A stretch of 64,000 nt of DNA from Ruditapes philippinarum (lineage: Eukaryota), in NCBI RefSeq assembly GCF_026571515.1, contig NW_026858658.1, forward strand, positions 62,001 through 126,000, read 5' to 3'. The notes beneath the pieces were generated by a model, which searched no databases, was not told the origin of the DNA, and was given only the letters and a program-made list of their open reading frames with translations. The position numbers and the translations under genes are program-made. Of this stretch, positions 1 through 15,000 are shown piece after piece. Position 1 is the stretch's first letter, and each line of letters starts with the position of its first letter.

Positions 1-32
1 GAGGGTCGTGGGTTCGAGTCCCCCGTTGGGCG
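1..32 (+). tRNA. 3' half of a tRNA-Lys(CTT)-like gene (or tRNA-derived element), truncated by the window edge
   Basis: GAGGGTCGTGGGTTCGAGTCCCCCGTTGGGCG closely resembles the 3' half of metazoan tRNA-Lys(CTT) (…AGGGTCGTGGGTTCGAGCCCCACGTTGGGCG). It has the B-box GTTCGA and is followed by a T-run (Pol III terminator-like). The anticodon lies outside the window. Confidence 0.65.
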
Positions 33-1520
33 TATATTTTTAAGGGGAGGACCCTAGATAATGTTGGTATAACTTTTGCATGTATATTATATCTATGCTT
101 CACTTAATGATGTTAGATTGTATAAATTGATCATGTACAAAGTGTACAATTAAATATTATCAAACTAAAAAGTCATAAGTCATACAAAATAGTAAAAAAT
201 AATTAAACACGGTAAAAAAAAACACATATTCAAAAACATGATAGGGTATTTGTGCCTGTAATAAATCAGCCGAGAAGGGTTGCAGCGAAGTTTTAAACAA
301 TTAGAAATTAGAACCAATCTTCTCAGTTTGCATGTCAAAGGTCAGGACTCACCCTTGCACTTTAGAAACGTTCAAATTCACATCAAATAATGATTTTCTT
401 ATAGCTGACTCAGATCCTTTTAGACTTTAGTAAAATATCGAATATGTATTTAATTATAAACATCTTGAACTTGCTTTTAAACCATTTAAACTTTGCCTAT
501 TAATACTGAGCCTACTTTTCCGTAAATACTCACTGAACGTGGTCAACTATCTCCTTGGTTATTATTTTAATAGATCAGGATTTCCGGGCAGTATCATCGC
601 CCCTATTGTTCTGTACGATTCATCTCGTCCGAATTCAATACCCGTCCGATTACTACTTCAAAATTACCCGATACCAGCGCGTTTGATCTTTTCCCGTATA
701 ATAGTAGCTTTATGATTGCGTTTCGGATTTAATTCTATCATAAACTCGCTGTTATCGTTTAGCAGCATAGTATTATTAGTAATTTAAATATAGCAACAGC
801 GATATGAGGATTACTCGTGCCGACTTTCACTACCGTTGCGGCGAGCATTTCAATACGTGTTCCGTTGTTAAAAGATTGCCGTATCATATCTTTAGCTTAA
901 AATTGACGAAAATCGGTTTGATTTATATTACGCGCGAGTTTTAATCAAATTTCACTGGTAAAGTTTGTTTAGATTAAGGCTAATACTTCTGTAACGTAAT
1001 TTTGTCACCTTTTGAAAGGGACAGGGTGGGAAAAGGTCAAACAACAAACTGACCTCTGGCCAAAGTAAACTATTAACAGCTTTTCTGGACTTATCCTTTG
1101 ACATCTATCGTTGAAATATGCTGGTATTTTTCTTAAATCCTGAATTTTGGAATATTTCCTTTTTTATGTTTCTTCATAGTTTCAAAAATTCTTTGAGATT
1201 TGTAAAATGTTCAGTAATTTTGTTGCTGATGTTTGTTGTAATTGTCTTATAAGTTTTTGGATTTTATCAAAAATTAAAATCTTTTTTTCCTTATTATACC
1301 AGTCATACATAACATTCAAGAGCAAGTACTTTAAATTTAAAACTTCCGTATATCTCGGAGACTGAAATAAAATAACGATTCTGCAAAGACGTTGTCTTTC
1401 ATTTCGGGTCATTTAAAAATGTTTCATAGGTTAAAAAATCAAACGTTTTATGATTTCAAAAGGCCAATAATTGCCTTGTTTTCAATAGTGAGATTTATAT
1501 ATGTACATATTCTACTGCAA

Positions 1521-1575
1521 TTGATGTTGTTGTTGTTGCTGTTGCTGCTGCTGCTGTTGCTGTTGCTGCTGTTGT
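1521..1575. repeat. (TGT/TGC)n trinucleotide microsatellite
   Basis: ttgatgttgttgttgttgctgttgctgctgctg…; it accounts for the poly-L and poly-S/N ORFs at 1392-1636. Confidence 0.9.
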
Positions 1576-2289
1576 CATAAGTGTTTCTGTCGTCATACTT
1601 GCAGTTAATTTTCGTAGCAAAAGAATGTATATACATGAAACAAGGTTAGTTATGACACATACATCTTTCTACACTAAGGGTTTCAGATATTATACGATAA
1701 TTGAAAATCATAAAAAACATCTATTACAATACTGTGAAGGGAGAAAAAAGTGTTTGTAATACAACGTTTATTAGCCATTCTCACCATAATTGTGTTTTAG
1801 TGCAATATTTATGACCACATGTTGGGCAGGCGACATTTATTATATACTATTTTATTCAATTTTCTCCCCAGTCAAGATCGTAAAAACATTATTCTACGTG
1901 TTAAATGACGCAATTATTAACGCTATATAAAAACGTTTAAGAAAAAAAAGAGATGCTACCGAACACTAAACAAGATGCCTATCGTTTTATTTTATTAATA
2001 TCAAAATCATATCAGGTAATAAATCACGGTGTAGAAGCTACTTTGTCAATATCTCAGCATATGACAAGGTTCATGATTTATCCATTGCCTATTATTTACG
2101 ATGTGAACTTTTAACTTTAATAAAATTTATAGTTTGTAGAGACCACATTTCATAAATGTATATATTCTAAATTTACGTTACATAACATATTCGTTTAACC
2201 AGAAAAACGTTAATATCAATAAATCACGGGTACATGTACGTTATGTTTTTATTTGGATACAATGCATGTTAGTTTTGTAATATATACAA

Positions 2290-2500
2290 CCTTTACCCGT
2301 TATATATACGAGTATATGCGTTAAATGAACATCTTCATTTTTCGATCTGGACATTTTCGTCATTTTTAGCGAAAATTCCAAAATTAGCTCTAATTCAATA
2401 GCGAGCTCTGCAGACCATAATCAGGCGACTTGGATGTGCCGGCAAATCTTGGTCTGCACTGGTCTCATGGGTAAATACAGTGGTCACCAGCATTATTAGA
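2290..2500. mobile_element. Degenerate non-autonomous dispersed repeat remnant
   Basis: The motif TGCAGACC-ATAATCAG…GGATGTGCCGGC…TGGTCTGCA forms a short internal inverted repeat reminiscent of the MITE arms at 29982 and 48842. A similar decayed copy lies at about 50210-50380. Confidence 0.4.
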
Positions 2501-4467
2501 GTGAAATGATTGAAACCTTGATTGAGGAAAGTTGCAAAGTAGATTCATTCCAGTCTATACTTTCTTGTGAGAAGTCGAATTTGCAGTCGAATTATCTGTA
2601 TTCTATTTGCAAAATTCTTCCTTCTTAGACAGTATAAATGTCAAAGAGTCTTAGTAAAAAGTAAAAAGTGTACCGATATGACTTCTTCATTCAACACAAT
2701 AGTATAAAGCTATAAATAAACATGTATATTATTGCGGTATGTTTGATAAAAAAGTGTTGTTTTTTTCAAATGTGTACTCCAAATGATAACAACTTTACTG
2801 CTTTGCGAAACAGAGCCTACAAAGCCATCAGTCGCTAAATTGATTTTCTTCCACTCCGAATAGAATAACATACAGTTTTTTTAGGATAAAACCATGAGGC
2901 TAAGGAACCAAATAGAAATGTCAAAGCTGTCGATATGAAAGTGATATTTATTGAAATCGGGTAACATCGGCAGTTGTCGTATCTGATACAAAAGTGGAAA
3001 GCATTGCATTCACAAGATCGGTCGCAGCTCCGGGTCAATTCGACGCTCGAAAAATAACTATAATGTACGGAATGTTGCGAAATTTGCCGAACCTGCACGA
3101 ATGCTTGTATACTGACTATAAACATGATTTATTTCATTGCGGTCAATTCTTATGTTTTATTAACATCATTATACTTGTAATTAAATGTTGAACATGGGTA
3201 ATAAAAGAAATAGACAAAGAATATAAATCACAATCAATTAAAAAAAAAACAACAAAAAACTATATTGAATTCCTTAAGACAAAGCTGACCCTCGATTTAT
3301 ATTAGTAATTGAGGGATGTGAATCTTTTATGGGAGAATAACAAACAAGATGCTATCATATCTTTTAGATATTTTAGTTGTTTTAAAAGATTGTGAGCAAA
3401 CACTATGTATTTGAGGGAATTAGATTCTGGATTAAGATAAGAGGCTGCTTAAGACATTTATGTGTTCCCGAATTAAACTTCAAAATTATATATACTTTTT
3501 TTTCAATAGCAGATAGATGTATGATAAGTTTATACTATATCAAGAGAGTTGTTATAATTTATAATTAGTTAATTCAAAGAATCCTGTTTCACACGTTGTT
3601 ATACTGTTGGAAATTGAAACGTATTGGTACTTTAAACTTGACCAGTAAAGTTCTTGAGTATTTGAAATATCTAAGTAATTAAACGAATGGTAGTAAACCG
3701 TTCGTGATGCTTTGAAAATATTGAAGTATTTTCCCATTATTGGATACTTATTTTCATTGTAATTTCTGTCTTTATCAGTGCAGTATGCTTAAGTTGTTAA
3801 ACTGTTTCATCTCCATTTGTATGGAATGTATGGGGGCATATTCATGTCATGTAAACTGTTGTAGTTATTTAGGGAGAAAAGTCTATAAGGCTCTTATTGT
3901 CCACCAAAAATAATTAGAGTGATGACCCCATTTTGAGCCCGGTCTTCGTTATATACGATATTTTTTTGAATATTAAAGTATAAATCTACTCAGATTACCA
4001 AAAATGGAGCCTGACTCCATACAAGCGGAAATAGCCGATTATAACCGAAGTGAGCAATTGCGTTTCGGGTAATAAATTCTGATAATATTCAATTATATCC
4101 GCTACTTTTCAGGTACGGTTCCTTTAAACGAGGCCATACCTTTTGACATGTGTCTGCAATCGTTCAATTAAACGTAACCTCATTTGCCAGTGCATTAAGT
4201 TTTATGCATGGAATGGATACATATAAATGGAATTTTATTACTCCAAAATTTGATTAATAGTAACAATTTAAAATGTTGTGTCATTTTATAACCAGATATA
4301 GTAATATTATACTCTCTTCATACATTAGTTTTTTATTAAATAAATGTATATCATATTTTATGTTATCAATCTTAAAAATGTATTGTGTTTTAATATTACT
4401 ACTCTCACTTACATGTATGAGCATAAACATGTTATCCGAGAATATTTTTACGATTAATATAAAGTTT

Positions 4468-5000
4468 ACACTGCTTCCATACCATTTAGCCATCTTTCTA
4501 TAATATTTTTATCAGATTTGTGTTGAACCGTTTTCTTGCAATGATATTCTTTTATACCTTCTAGCCAACTTCGTACACTGCTTCCATACCATTTAGCCAT
4601 CTTTCTATAATACTTTTATAACTGTTGAACCGTTTTCTTACAACCCCTTGATACCTTTTAGCCATCTTCGGGCAATGTTTCTGTACCATTTAGCCATCTT
4701 TCTATAGTACTTTTATAACTGTTGAACCGTTTTTATTTTTGCTTATCAATCTTCGTGAAAAACTTCCATATCTTTTGGCCATCTCTCTTATTGCAGTTGT
4801 TTTCTCTATCATTTAGCTGCCTGTATTTTTTGTAATACTTACTTAACATTTAAATTTTTTTTGTTATACTCCAATATCTTGCAGCCATCTCTTTACTTCA
4901 ATACTTACATAATTATACTAGTAACTAAGCAACTTTCCTGTACTTACATAAAATTCAGCCATCTTTCTGCAATACTTTGGTAAAATTCAGTCATCTTCAA
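4468..5000. repeat. Degenerate tandem repeat (core CCATTTAGCCATCTTTCT)
   Basis: Recurring cttccataccatttagccatctttctataata at about 4474, 4581 and 4683, followed by decayed agccatct copies. Confidence 0.75.
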
Positions 5001-8000
5001 CACATTTGTTCCTTATGAGCATTTTTCAAAAGGGAAAAGGGAAATAAAGTGGGTTTTTTGTTTTGTTGTTGTTGTTCAAAATTAGATTTTAGTTCTACAA
5101 TAACATAAAATTTATCTTAAAATCTTGTTCCATAATTCTATTAAATCGATTTCAAGTAAAAGCGGTTGTTAAAATTTAGAATTTCTAAATTCTGTATTCT
5201 GTGGGTGTGTGGTCGCTGCTGGTGGCAAGATTAGTGCTTCCGTATTTAACATTGACTCCAATTATTTTTGTCAAGAAAGTGATATGTCTTCCTTGTTGAA
5301 CGGGAATGTGATACAATATTAAATATCTAAGTTTCTGCGAAAACTGAAAGGTGCCATGTTTACGATATCTCATCTTATCAAAAAGCCATGAATTTTCTCT
5401 GAAAACTTCCAAAAAAATACTGTTTTGCGGTTAGATTTTAATTCTTATCTCAACCCTAGAAAACGTAAAAAAATTCTTTTTTATATCCAAATTTTCGAGC
5501 TGTGGGAAAAAGTTGAGGATATGTTGTAACTTGAAGCATACACGTAAATTTCAATTAGTTGTCACGCTGAAAAATAAATGAAAACGTCTATTTCTATAAA
5601 ATACCATTTTTCACAACAAGTGGAAATTTTACGACATTTGACATTTTGTGACAATACTAATGTTACGTTACTCGGTTAATAATTATTAGTTTGTCTCGCG
5701 TGTAACCATTGAAAGAAGTCCGTGTATACCGTCAAACCATAACTGTCAAAAACATGCGACTAGGTACAAGTGTTGACAGGCCTCGTTTGTTCTAACAAGA
5801 AAATCTAGTAAAGTGAGTCTCTGTTATGTCAACTGGAGGTTGAAACCTATCTTTTAATATACCGTGATACTCTGTGTATCCGTGAAAAATGACCATGACC
5901 GTTTTGTCTAAAATACGTTGTAAGTTAATCCCTATCTAAAACCCGTCCGTTTTTCTATAGAAAAAAAATTGAATTTTTACATTGTGTATATTTATTTTTG
6001 CAGCTCTCAGGATGTATTGTATATATTAAAGAATGGATAACATTGGTTAGTTGATAGACTTTAAGCATGTTGATATTAATTAGCACTGGTAAACGTATAA
6101 TTGCATTTAATTTAAGAAAGAATCTTATAAGTATTAGTATTAGTATAAGTTTAATTCGCATGCAGTGTCAGGAATAGTCTAAAATAAGTTTCTAAAATTC
6201 ATTTCATGTAGGTCTAGACCAATAACTGTATGCAAAAGTTCGGATCATTCTTAATTGTGAAAAACGTTAACAAAATTAAAAAGCGTTGCAACGCTTCTCA
6301 CTCACACTGGCTAAGAATAGCACAAAATACGATTTTCAATATATTTTTTATTATATTTCTCAATAATCCTTTGCGTTTTTTTTCTGTTTTTAGTGCCAAA
6401 GTTGTTCAATGTATGAATTTCATTTTTTTTTGAAAATATGAATATGAAAAGTTTATTTCTTTATACATGAATTGATTCTGCATGTAGCTATATTATATAT
6501 CAATATTTGATTGTAATGACGCGAAAACGTGATAACGTCAAAACTGACACTTAAATTTCAACAGAGATGTATATACGTTTACATATCTATTAAACTAGGT
6601 CTTATTCAATTAAGACTTTTTTACAATGCCCTAATCATGATTAAGATATCAGTTTCATAATAAAACTAAGACTTTTTTATTGTCTTTGCCTTCTGTAAAT
6701 ATGTCAACGTACCGTGTTACGTAATCAGGGCCATTAACGTTGTTTATTTTGACGGATGATGAAGCATAATGAGGAACGCTAGCGACACCGATCTCACGTG
6801 ATCTCGTTCTAATCTCTAGCACGTAATGACAGGTGTAAACAAAAGTGAAATATACATCATAATTACAGTTATCAGCATGTACAAATATTTGATTTGAATA
6901 TTAATGTGAAAAAAACGAACATAAATCATCCAGATTATGATTTAAGTTGCGACAATGTTTACATTGTTTTATGTAAGACAGAAAAGTTCGATAATCTTTA
7001 TCTTTCGAAAAAAATCAATAATTTATATAAAGACGTGCGTTTCTCAAATGATTGTGTGAATTTTTTCTTTATTTCTATTTTTCTTACTGCACACTAAATG
7101 TCTGCTTTCTGTTTATTTTCTCTGTTAATATTCTTCTTAAGTAACAACATGTATACACTCGACAAACTTAAACTATAGTGAAGTAACTAAGTTCCAAAAA
7201 TGTTAGCATTTGACCTCTTGATCGAAAAGTCAATTTATTAGGGTCTTTCCCTTTTAAAACGAAAACATCTGAGAACTGTTCCGCTCATTGGATTTTCTGC
7301 TAATTTAGGAAGACTCCTCGGAGCTAATTATCTCATCACGAAAATTAATCCCTTTTTGATTGGCCCCGTTCAACACAAGCATTGTGCTGTCGATGTGAAT
7401 TACTTCCCCTTGAACTGGTTAACAGAATGGACATATGGCTCGGACAGCGTGTTCTGTAACTTTTCACCTTGCTCTGCCATAGAGAAAGTGATATTGGTCA
7501 AATGACAAAAATGGGGAAAATGCCATATTCGCCTGAGATGTATAGTAACTTATTTTCTGATATTTGATTATTTGTATATTTATTGTCAGTTAGCTTCATT
7601 TAAAATACGTTTTTTGAGAGCTCATTTATTAATAAATTAAGTTTCTCACTTTCTGCATGGCGACATTATAAAATTGCAATTTCATCTCACATCATTAAAA
7701 CCAAGATGAAATACTTCATTTTGAATTCAGGTTCATTTGATTTATTTAATTTAAATGTATCTGAGAGGAATCTTAATGAAATATATTATATATATATATC
7801 CCCTGATTATGATTGATCTATGGGAAATGATTTAATATCAATTCTAATGACACGGTTAATCAATATGGAGTGGAGGGGGCTGGTCATATATTTTCGGTTG
7901 TAAAAATAATGTTTTAGGTAAAAAACAAAAAACAACAACAACAAAAAATTAGCCTAAATTTCACAAATGTAACAAAAACACAATCGAAGAGAAACTTCAG

Positions 8001-8669
8001 AAAAGTTGAAAGCTATAGATGTAACATTTTTGCGATTTGATTGTATTTTAATTATACAATTGGGTTATAATTTTCAACGTAGCGATTATAGCTTTTTTGC
8101 ATTGTCTTTATTTTATTATATTTAAAAAAAAAATTTGGTTATTTTTGATAACAGTTTTATTATATTTTATAATACTACACTCGTTTATTTCTATGAAGAA
8201 AGTCATGTAATAAACTTATTAATAATATTATAATACAGTATTATGATAAAGACGAATTGATTGATAGTCAATACTTAACAGAATTTTATCTAACAAAAAT
8301 CATAACATCTTTCTTACTTTTATCGACACAAGGTCTCAGTATCATACATCATTTCTTTACTTGTTAAACAAACATTTTTTCATCGCAGAAGAAAAATTTG
8401 TAATTGAAAACAAACACGCCTGCCATACGGCTGTCAATTTACCCTTTGATGAAATTTCACTATCTTCAATTCTTTACTATTTGATATTGATCAGTGGTTT
8501 TTGATCAAAATGGAAAATCAGTGAATATAAAAAAATCTAAATTATTAAAAAGTAAATAAATATACATGATAACGATGACAGCCTTTGACAGGCGAAATAT
8601 CGGTTTATAATTTTCGTCAAATGTAGCGTATCGATTCTTATGTCAACAGTAGAGAAAACTCCCGATATC

Positions 8670-8700
8670 TTACTGGCTGACGAAGACGGTGGGCGGAGCT
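8670..8700 (+). promoter_or_regulatory. Candidate proximal promoter of the protocadherin (GC box)
   Basis: GGTGGGCGGAGC (Sp1-type GC box at 8691-8696) in a locally CpG-rich patch about 600 bp upstream of the ATG. A pyrimidine-rich acceptor (…tatattgcag, 9067) suggests a 5'-UTR intron. Confidence 0.35.
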
Positions 8701-9305
8701 TAGTACGCGATACGGATCTCCGCTCAACGAAATATTATTATCGGCAAAGCAAAATTCTCACATTTTTACAACTACTGGTTTTAAAGTGAGCGCATGTTTA
8801 CATTTGGATTAAACATTTAGATCTTGACATTTTCATTATTTCGAATGGACTGGAAGTGTGAAAACGTAAAAGAAAAATAGAAAAAGGTGTGCTTGAAATA
8901 CTATTTGGATTTGATCTTATACTTTGTAAAATATTGGTGTTAATGTTATGTTTACTTTGCGCAATGTTGTTTTTTGAGCATCATTAATATTTTTCATACG
9001 ACTTGCGTTACTTACACAGATTAACCCTTTACGAAAATATTTTACATCTTTTATTTGTATATTGCAGGACTTATACAGTGAAAAAAAGGAATGCAGATTT
9101 TAAGAAAAAAGTTTATTTAGTACAAATTGAAATAGTCAATATTGTCATTGTGCACGGAGAATTTTTGGATGTGCTGTGTGTATCGATACATCATGTAATT
9201 TCGCGATCAACAGGTGTCAACACTTGCAGTAAGGCACAGTGATAAACAACAAGGGGTTTTATTTCTTCATGGATATATATTAGAAACGTATTCGCACTCT
9301 ATAAA

Positions 9306-12002
9306 ATGGCATGGGGAGGGCGTGAGCGCTCGAACATGGAGTTTACGACCACCGTGGGAAGAGGTTTATTGCTAATGATTCTGGTGTTAATTATGGATCT
9401 TAGAGTTAGTGCCGAGGTGACATATTCAGTGGAGGAGGAACAGGGGTCAAAGTTAATTGGCAATGTTGGTGAGGATTATGACCTGCGATCTACCATGACA
9501 CAAGAGGAGTATTCGAACCTAGCCTACAAGATTCTGTCTAGTGGTAACAGTTTAGCTCATTTCTTTCAAATTGACTCATCCGGACAGCTTTTTACGAAAG
9601 AGCCTATAGATCGAGAACAGCTTACACATTGCTCAAGGGAACTGACGTGTGTGATATCTCTAGATATTGCCGTCAAAGCGACGATAGGTGCGTTCTTCCG
9701 TAAAATTAACGTAAAAATTGAAGTTATAGATATAAACGACAATAGCCCGGTCTTTCTTAAAGGAATTGATAGCGCTTCATTTCTAGAAAATTCAGAGGGT
9801 GCTATAGCTTCTATTGATGGGGCTGAAGATAATGACGCCGGGAATAACACGGTAGTTAGATATTACGTAGACACCCCAGACGTTCCATTTGACGTCATGT
9901 TAGAAAAAATGGAGGACGGTAGTTCAACTGTAAAAATAATCGTAAATGGAAAATTAGACCGCGAAGAAAAAGAGTTCTATCAAATAAGAATTGTGGCAGA
10001 AGATGGGGGTACGCCAAAGAAAACAGGGGCAATAGTTGTAGATATCACTGTACAAGACATGAACGATAATTCGCCAAAGTTTGACCGTCCATTCTACAAC
10101 GTTACGTTGAATGAAGACACGGCTATTAACACGGTGTTTGAGACAATATCAGCCACGGACGCAGATGCTGGTGAAAACGGTCGAGTTGAGTACAGCCTAA
10201 GTGCTAATCAAGATGAATCAATTCTTAATACGTACGCTATTAATCCTACTACAGGTGAGCTTAGCGTCATCAGTCAGTTAGTTTACGTAGCAAATGAGCA
10301 GACGTTAATATTTGTAGAGGCCACTGACAAAGGTCCTCAACCAAGGCCCCAGCAAATTCGAGTTTACGTTAATATAATAGACCTTAGTAATAATCCGCCA
10401 GAAATTAATGTAAACATTCTCCAAGGAGACATCAATGCACGAATCTCGGAATATGCCAACGTTGGTGCACCCGTTGCTCATATTGCCGTCATTGACAGTG
10501 ACACAGGACGTAACGGCAAAGTTGAATGTATTGGGATAAGTGATAATTTCGGATTAGAAAGATATGAAACAAATGAATATAAAGCAGTTGTTACAAAACC
10601 TTTGAATAGGGAACTTGTGGAGACACATGAGGTCACTATAATCTGTAGAGACAGTGGATCGCCGCCGTTAAATACGACAACCAGTTTTATTGTAGTTGTA
10701 GTTGACCAGAATGACAATGCTCCGAGATTTTCACAAGGGACTTACTTTGCAAAAGCTGAAGAAAATAACCTCGTTGGTGACGTAGTAGCTAAAGTATCAG
10801 CCACGGATATTGATTCAGGGAACAATTCTAAAATTGAATATAAGCTCGTAAGCACGAGTGGATATAGCTTCTGGATCGACCCTGACCTTGGCGAAATTCG
10901 AGCCAATTTTAGACTAGACAGAGAAAATGTGTCACAACTAGAAATCGTTGTCGAGGCAGAAGATCATGGGGACCCGAAGATGTCAGCTACATCGACCGTT
11001 ATTCTTTCAGTCACTGATCAAAACGATAATTATCCAATCTTTTCGCAACCTAATTACGAGTTCTTTGTTTTAGAAGGTGTTCCGCACAATACCACCGTAG
11101 ATCAGTTAACAGCCACGGATAAAGATTACAGGGAGAACGGCACGGTTTCTTTCTCTTTTAACACACCGCCTCCATCTAGCTTCCCATTCATCCTGTATTC
11201 GGACGGGACAATTAAGATGATACGGACTTTAGACAGAGAGAAGCAAGGGACATATAAGTTCACGGTCGTCGCCTCGGATCAGAGCGCTAAACCTCTGAGC
11301 AGCTCGGTTACTGTAACAGTGATTGTTCTCGATGTCAATGATAATGCACCAGTGTTTATCTTCCCTGATAAAGATAACAACACAGTTACGATTCCGCTTT
11401 CAAGTACACCTGAATCGGTCTCAATTGTTGTCGAAGCAACTGATATCGATGCCGATAGTAACGGAGAAGTGTCTTATTCAATACTAGATAATAATGTGAC
11501 AAGTTTGTTTTATATTGAAAGTGCAAACGGCGTAGGAAATGTAAAACTACGCCGCTTACCCAGTTCATCAGAACCGCTAGAGTATGCGTTTATAATTAAA
11601 GCAGTAGACAACGGTAGGCCAAGCCAATATTCTTTGCAACTTTTGTCTGTATCGTTTACAAAAGACGCTGAAGCGCCAGTGAATAGACAAAATTTTCTAA
11701 TTGCTATATCATTGGGCTGTGTTACAGTAGTTTTATCAATTGCAATAGTCTTAACTATATACCTCATCCGTCGTCATGATAGACTCCAGTTAAAGTCAAG
11801 TGCTGCTCAATATGACGACAGGGCAGACATGGAAATCGTCCCTGGTGATATGAAGCACAGGGAAGAACTTGGCAGTACTTCCTCTGGAAGCAAAGAAAGT
11901 TTAAAGAAAGTTAGCTTTTCAACGGACCATAACTCGAGTCTTGAGTCCGAGCCCAACCGGGACGTGTCCCAGTCTCCATTGGTGAACCTCGATAACATGA
12001 AG
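9306..12002 (+). CDS. Protocadherin (7 cadherin repeats, delta1-like), coding exon 1: signal peptide, EC1-EC7, TM and start of the cytoplasmic tail
   Basis: 919-aa ORF with Ca-binding linkers DINDNSP, DMNDNSP, DLSNNPP, DQNDNAP, DQNDNYP, DVNDNAP; DRE and AxDxG motifs; the protocadherin EC1 C-x5-C (CSRELTC); TM FLIAISLGCVTVVLSIAIVLTIYLI; KKVSF motif. Donor AAG|gtaagg at 12003 (phase 0), so the last ~20 aa of the ORF are intronic. Confidence 0.95.
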
Positions 12003-15000
12003 GTAAGGATATCGTTACATTACAGACCTCTTTTTTTCCTTCCCTTTGCCTTACATTTATGTTGATCTTTTGTTTGAAAGACCAAACACACAGTGACCAG
12101 TGTGATTATGCTTTTTGCTGAAAATTTAAGAATTGTTAGAAAACTCTTTTACTTATTAATTGACGAAAACTAGTGTAATGCATTTACTATTCACAGCAAC
12201 TGTTACTTACGTGTAAAGCTTTGTATGATTTGGGAATGCGGAGATAGAAAGTTCATATTTGCATAAGTCTAGCAGGTTAAGGGTTCAAGTACTTTTAGGA
12301 TCACATATCATGTTATAGGAAAGTTTCGTATCGATACTGTTTTTGATATGCTCCCATAAAGATATATTCTCATATAAGTCATATTGGTATATATATTTAA
12401 CAGAAGAACTTAAATTTGAGTAAGGAATATTATTGAAATATTTATTAATCCAGGAACATAAAGTTTTATACTTAATGTATAAATAGTTAATATTTAAATA
12501 TGAATAATTGTACATGTATATTTTATTTTATTTTATTGTCGTAGAATATTCAGTTTTAATACCGTTTTCCTGCGTTTAATGTCCCTACTTGAATAATTAA
12601 TGAAATTTTACTACGTGTTCTAATGTGTATCAATTTTAAGAAAATTTGAGTTATTTAACAGGTTTATGTGGGTTTTCCGTATAATTTAAAAACTTGCATA
12701 CGTTCAGTTCGCGAATTAGTTTTAACAGCATGTCATACAATTACTTAATTATTGCACAGTTGTGTTCACATGTTGAAAAAAAAGTTTATTTAAAAAGAAA
12801 GAAGAAAAAATAGGCCATAGTCACGGCATTTATTTCTATTAAAACCACATTTACATGCCATGGAACATTTCACAGCGACGCTGGTGACACTAATTTTTAG
12901 TGAAATGAAATTAAAATTTAGCGTGACCATACCTATTCTATCATAACGTAGTATTTGTATTTCGCGCTGAATGTACTTGAGTTAAAAATATTCGAACCTT
13001 GAGTTTAGTAAGGGTAGAAGTATAAGTAGGGTCATACGTCTTCCATTGAGTGGTCACATTTTTATACAAAAAATGGAATGGATGTCAAAATATGTATTTG
13101 TCATAAGGGGAGCGAACATTTAAGGAAATTCGATCGCCGGTTAAGATTGTGTGAAGTATGCATCGTATCTGATACAGTGTTATCATATTTCATGATATTT
13201 AAAAAAAGCCACGACAATAATATCTTTGTGAATGCATGCCCGAATATATATGTATATAATTTATCTAGGCTAGTTCATGTATATGTTTGTTTTATGATGA
13301 GGGTTGGTCGGCGTGGGGTGGGGTGAAAAAAGTCGTTCTGATGCTGACACAAAATATTGTAGAAACACTGAACAGCAATACATATCTATGAGACATGTAT
13401 ATCTGTTATCAAAGATCTCTAATGTTAGCTTAAATATTTCTTTAAGATTACCACTTAAAGCATTTTGTACCTAAGGTTTTATCATTTTATCATTATCATC
13501 ATCATCATTATTATTATTATTATTATTATTAAATCATATTTAAATATGGTTCAATATTAAGTTATAACTCATATACATTGAAAATTCATTGTATATTTTA
13601 GCATTAATCATGTTGTCATTGGTAATAAAATATAATTGTTTCTTTCAACATGTCGGTGCACATATGCGTTAATGAATATATAATATTATTTTAAAAGTTG
13701 TAACATCGGCTGCATACATAATCTAAGGAGGGCAAATTTGGTCGACGTTTATCCGTAGCATTCATGAATTTTTAATTTACACTTGTTGAACAGACATCAC
13801 ACATTGTCACCGTATTTAAGTTCGTTTTAAAGTAGAAATTCAAATGTTTAATGATACCTTAAAGGAAGTTTTTGAAGGACTCTTGTTCCTTAAGCTCGGT
13901 ACTTCACGTGCACACCGTTCATTTTTAACAATCACTGTTTCTAAAGCTTATTTGACTTTTGGCTACTTCATGTTTGACTAGTTTTAACAGATTAATATAA
14001 CTCGGACGCAGTTTAGTGTATGATTTTTTCAACAGAAATTTATTTAGCAATGAAAATATTTAAACATAACAATTGTATAGAATAGATATATTCAATTCAA
14101 ATGGATCAGTCATTCGCAGCAATAAGAAATACTGTCGCGAGCCACCGAGGTTTAACTTAGACCGAAGTGAAGCCGAAAGTCCGATTATGACAAATATTTT
14201 ATTTCCTAAATAAAACATCGTAAATCGATCTTTGATTTGTTTATTTTTTAGTAATTGAAAATGACCAGAAAGTCGCGACATTTCTTTTCTAACCTCGCGT
14301 TCAACTAAATAACGCTAGACCTAACGCAACCACGGCTCGAGCAAATTGAAAGGCACGAGTTAATCATGCGGTCATGATAAATGGCAGGGATGGCAGTACG
14401 GATAAATCAAATTGTGGACAAAATAACTTTAAGTTACTCTATTGTTACAAAGTATAATAGATTGTAATGAGTAATTTTTAGTCAACTTTAGTCACAATGA
14501 AGAGATCTGTAATGCATACATGTTTATTTTATACAGTTGGATATCATTAAAGTACCCTACCCACATAGCTGTGCCTAAGTTTTAAATATATTAGTACATT
14601 TTAGTGAAAGTTTTGAAAGGTCCTGACAAACAAATATAAATAATGTTTTAACTGTCCGGCTTTGGCATTAACTTAAAACAGGCTTTTATCTTTGACTTAA
14701 TGCTCCGTTCCCTTAACTGTGATAATGCGTGTTTTCTATTAGAATCAAGATAAATGCAATAAATATAGCGACGAATTGGTTTTAATATTAAAACAATAAT
14801 ACTTTGTTGAGATTTAAAATCTTGAGCGAATTTTTGTAGAACTTGATAAAAACTATCACAGCAAATGGTGGCGAGTATAACCCGGCTTAATTCCACACTG
14901 ACGAATTAATGAACACGAAACAATGCAACAAATGTTAAAAACCATTTACTTTTTCTTATAAATTGACTGCGTTCCAAAAACACGTGGGACAAATTTTAAT

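Noticed and set aside
1392-1636. Poly-Leu and poly-Ser/Asn ORFs
   Set aside because: Translation of a trinucleotide microsatellite.
7441-7450. GGACAGCG resembling the right half of an RE1/REST site upstream of a neural gene
   Set aside because: The left half-site is absent and an 8-mer match is expected by chance.
9566-11998. Antisense ORFs within the protocadherin exon (and similar ones over the C1q genes)
   Set aside because: Shadow frames of real coding sequence with no recognisable domains.
12003-12065. C-terminal VRISLHYRPLFFLPFALHLC of the 919-aa ORF
   Set aside because: Read-through past a consensus donor; exon 2 continues in phase. A short intron-retained isoform cannot be excluded but has no support.
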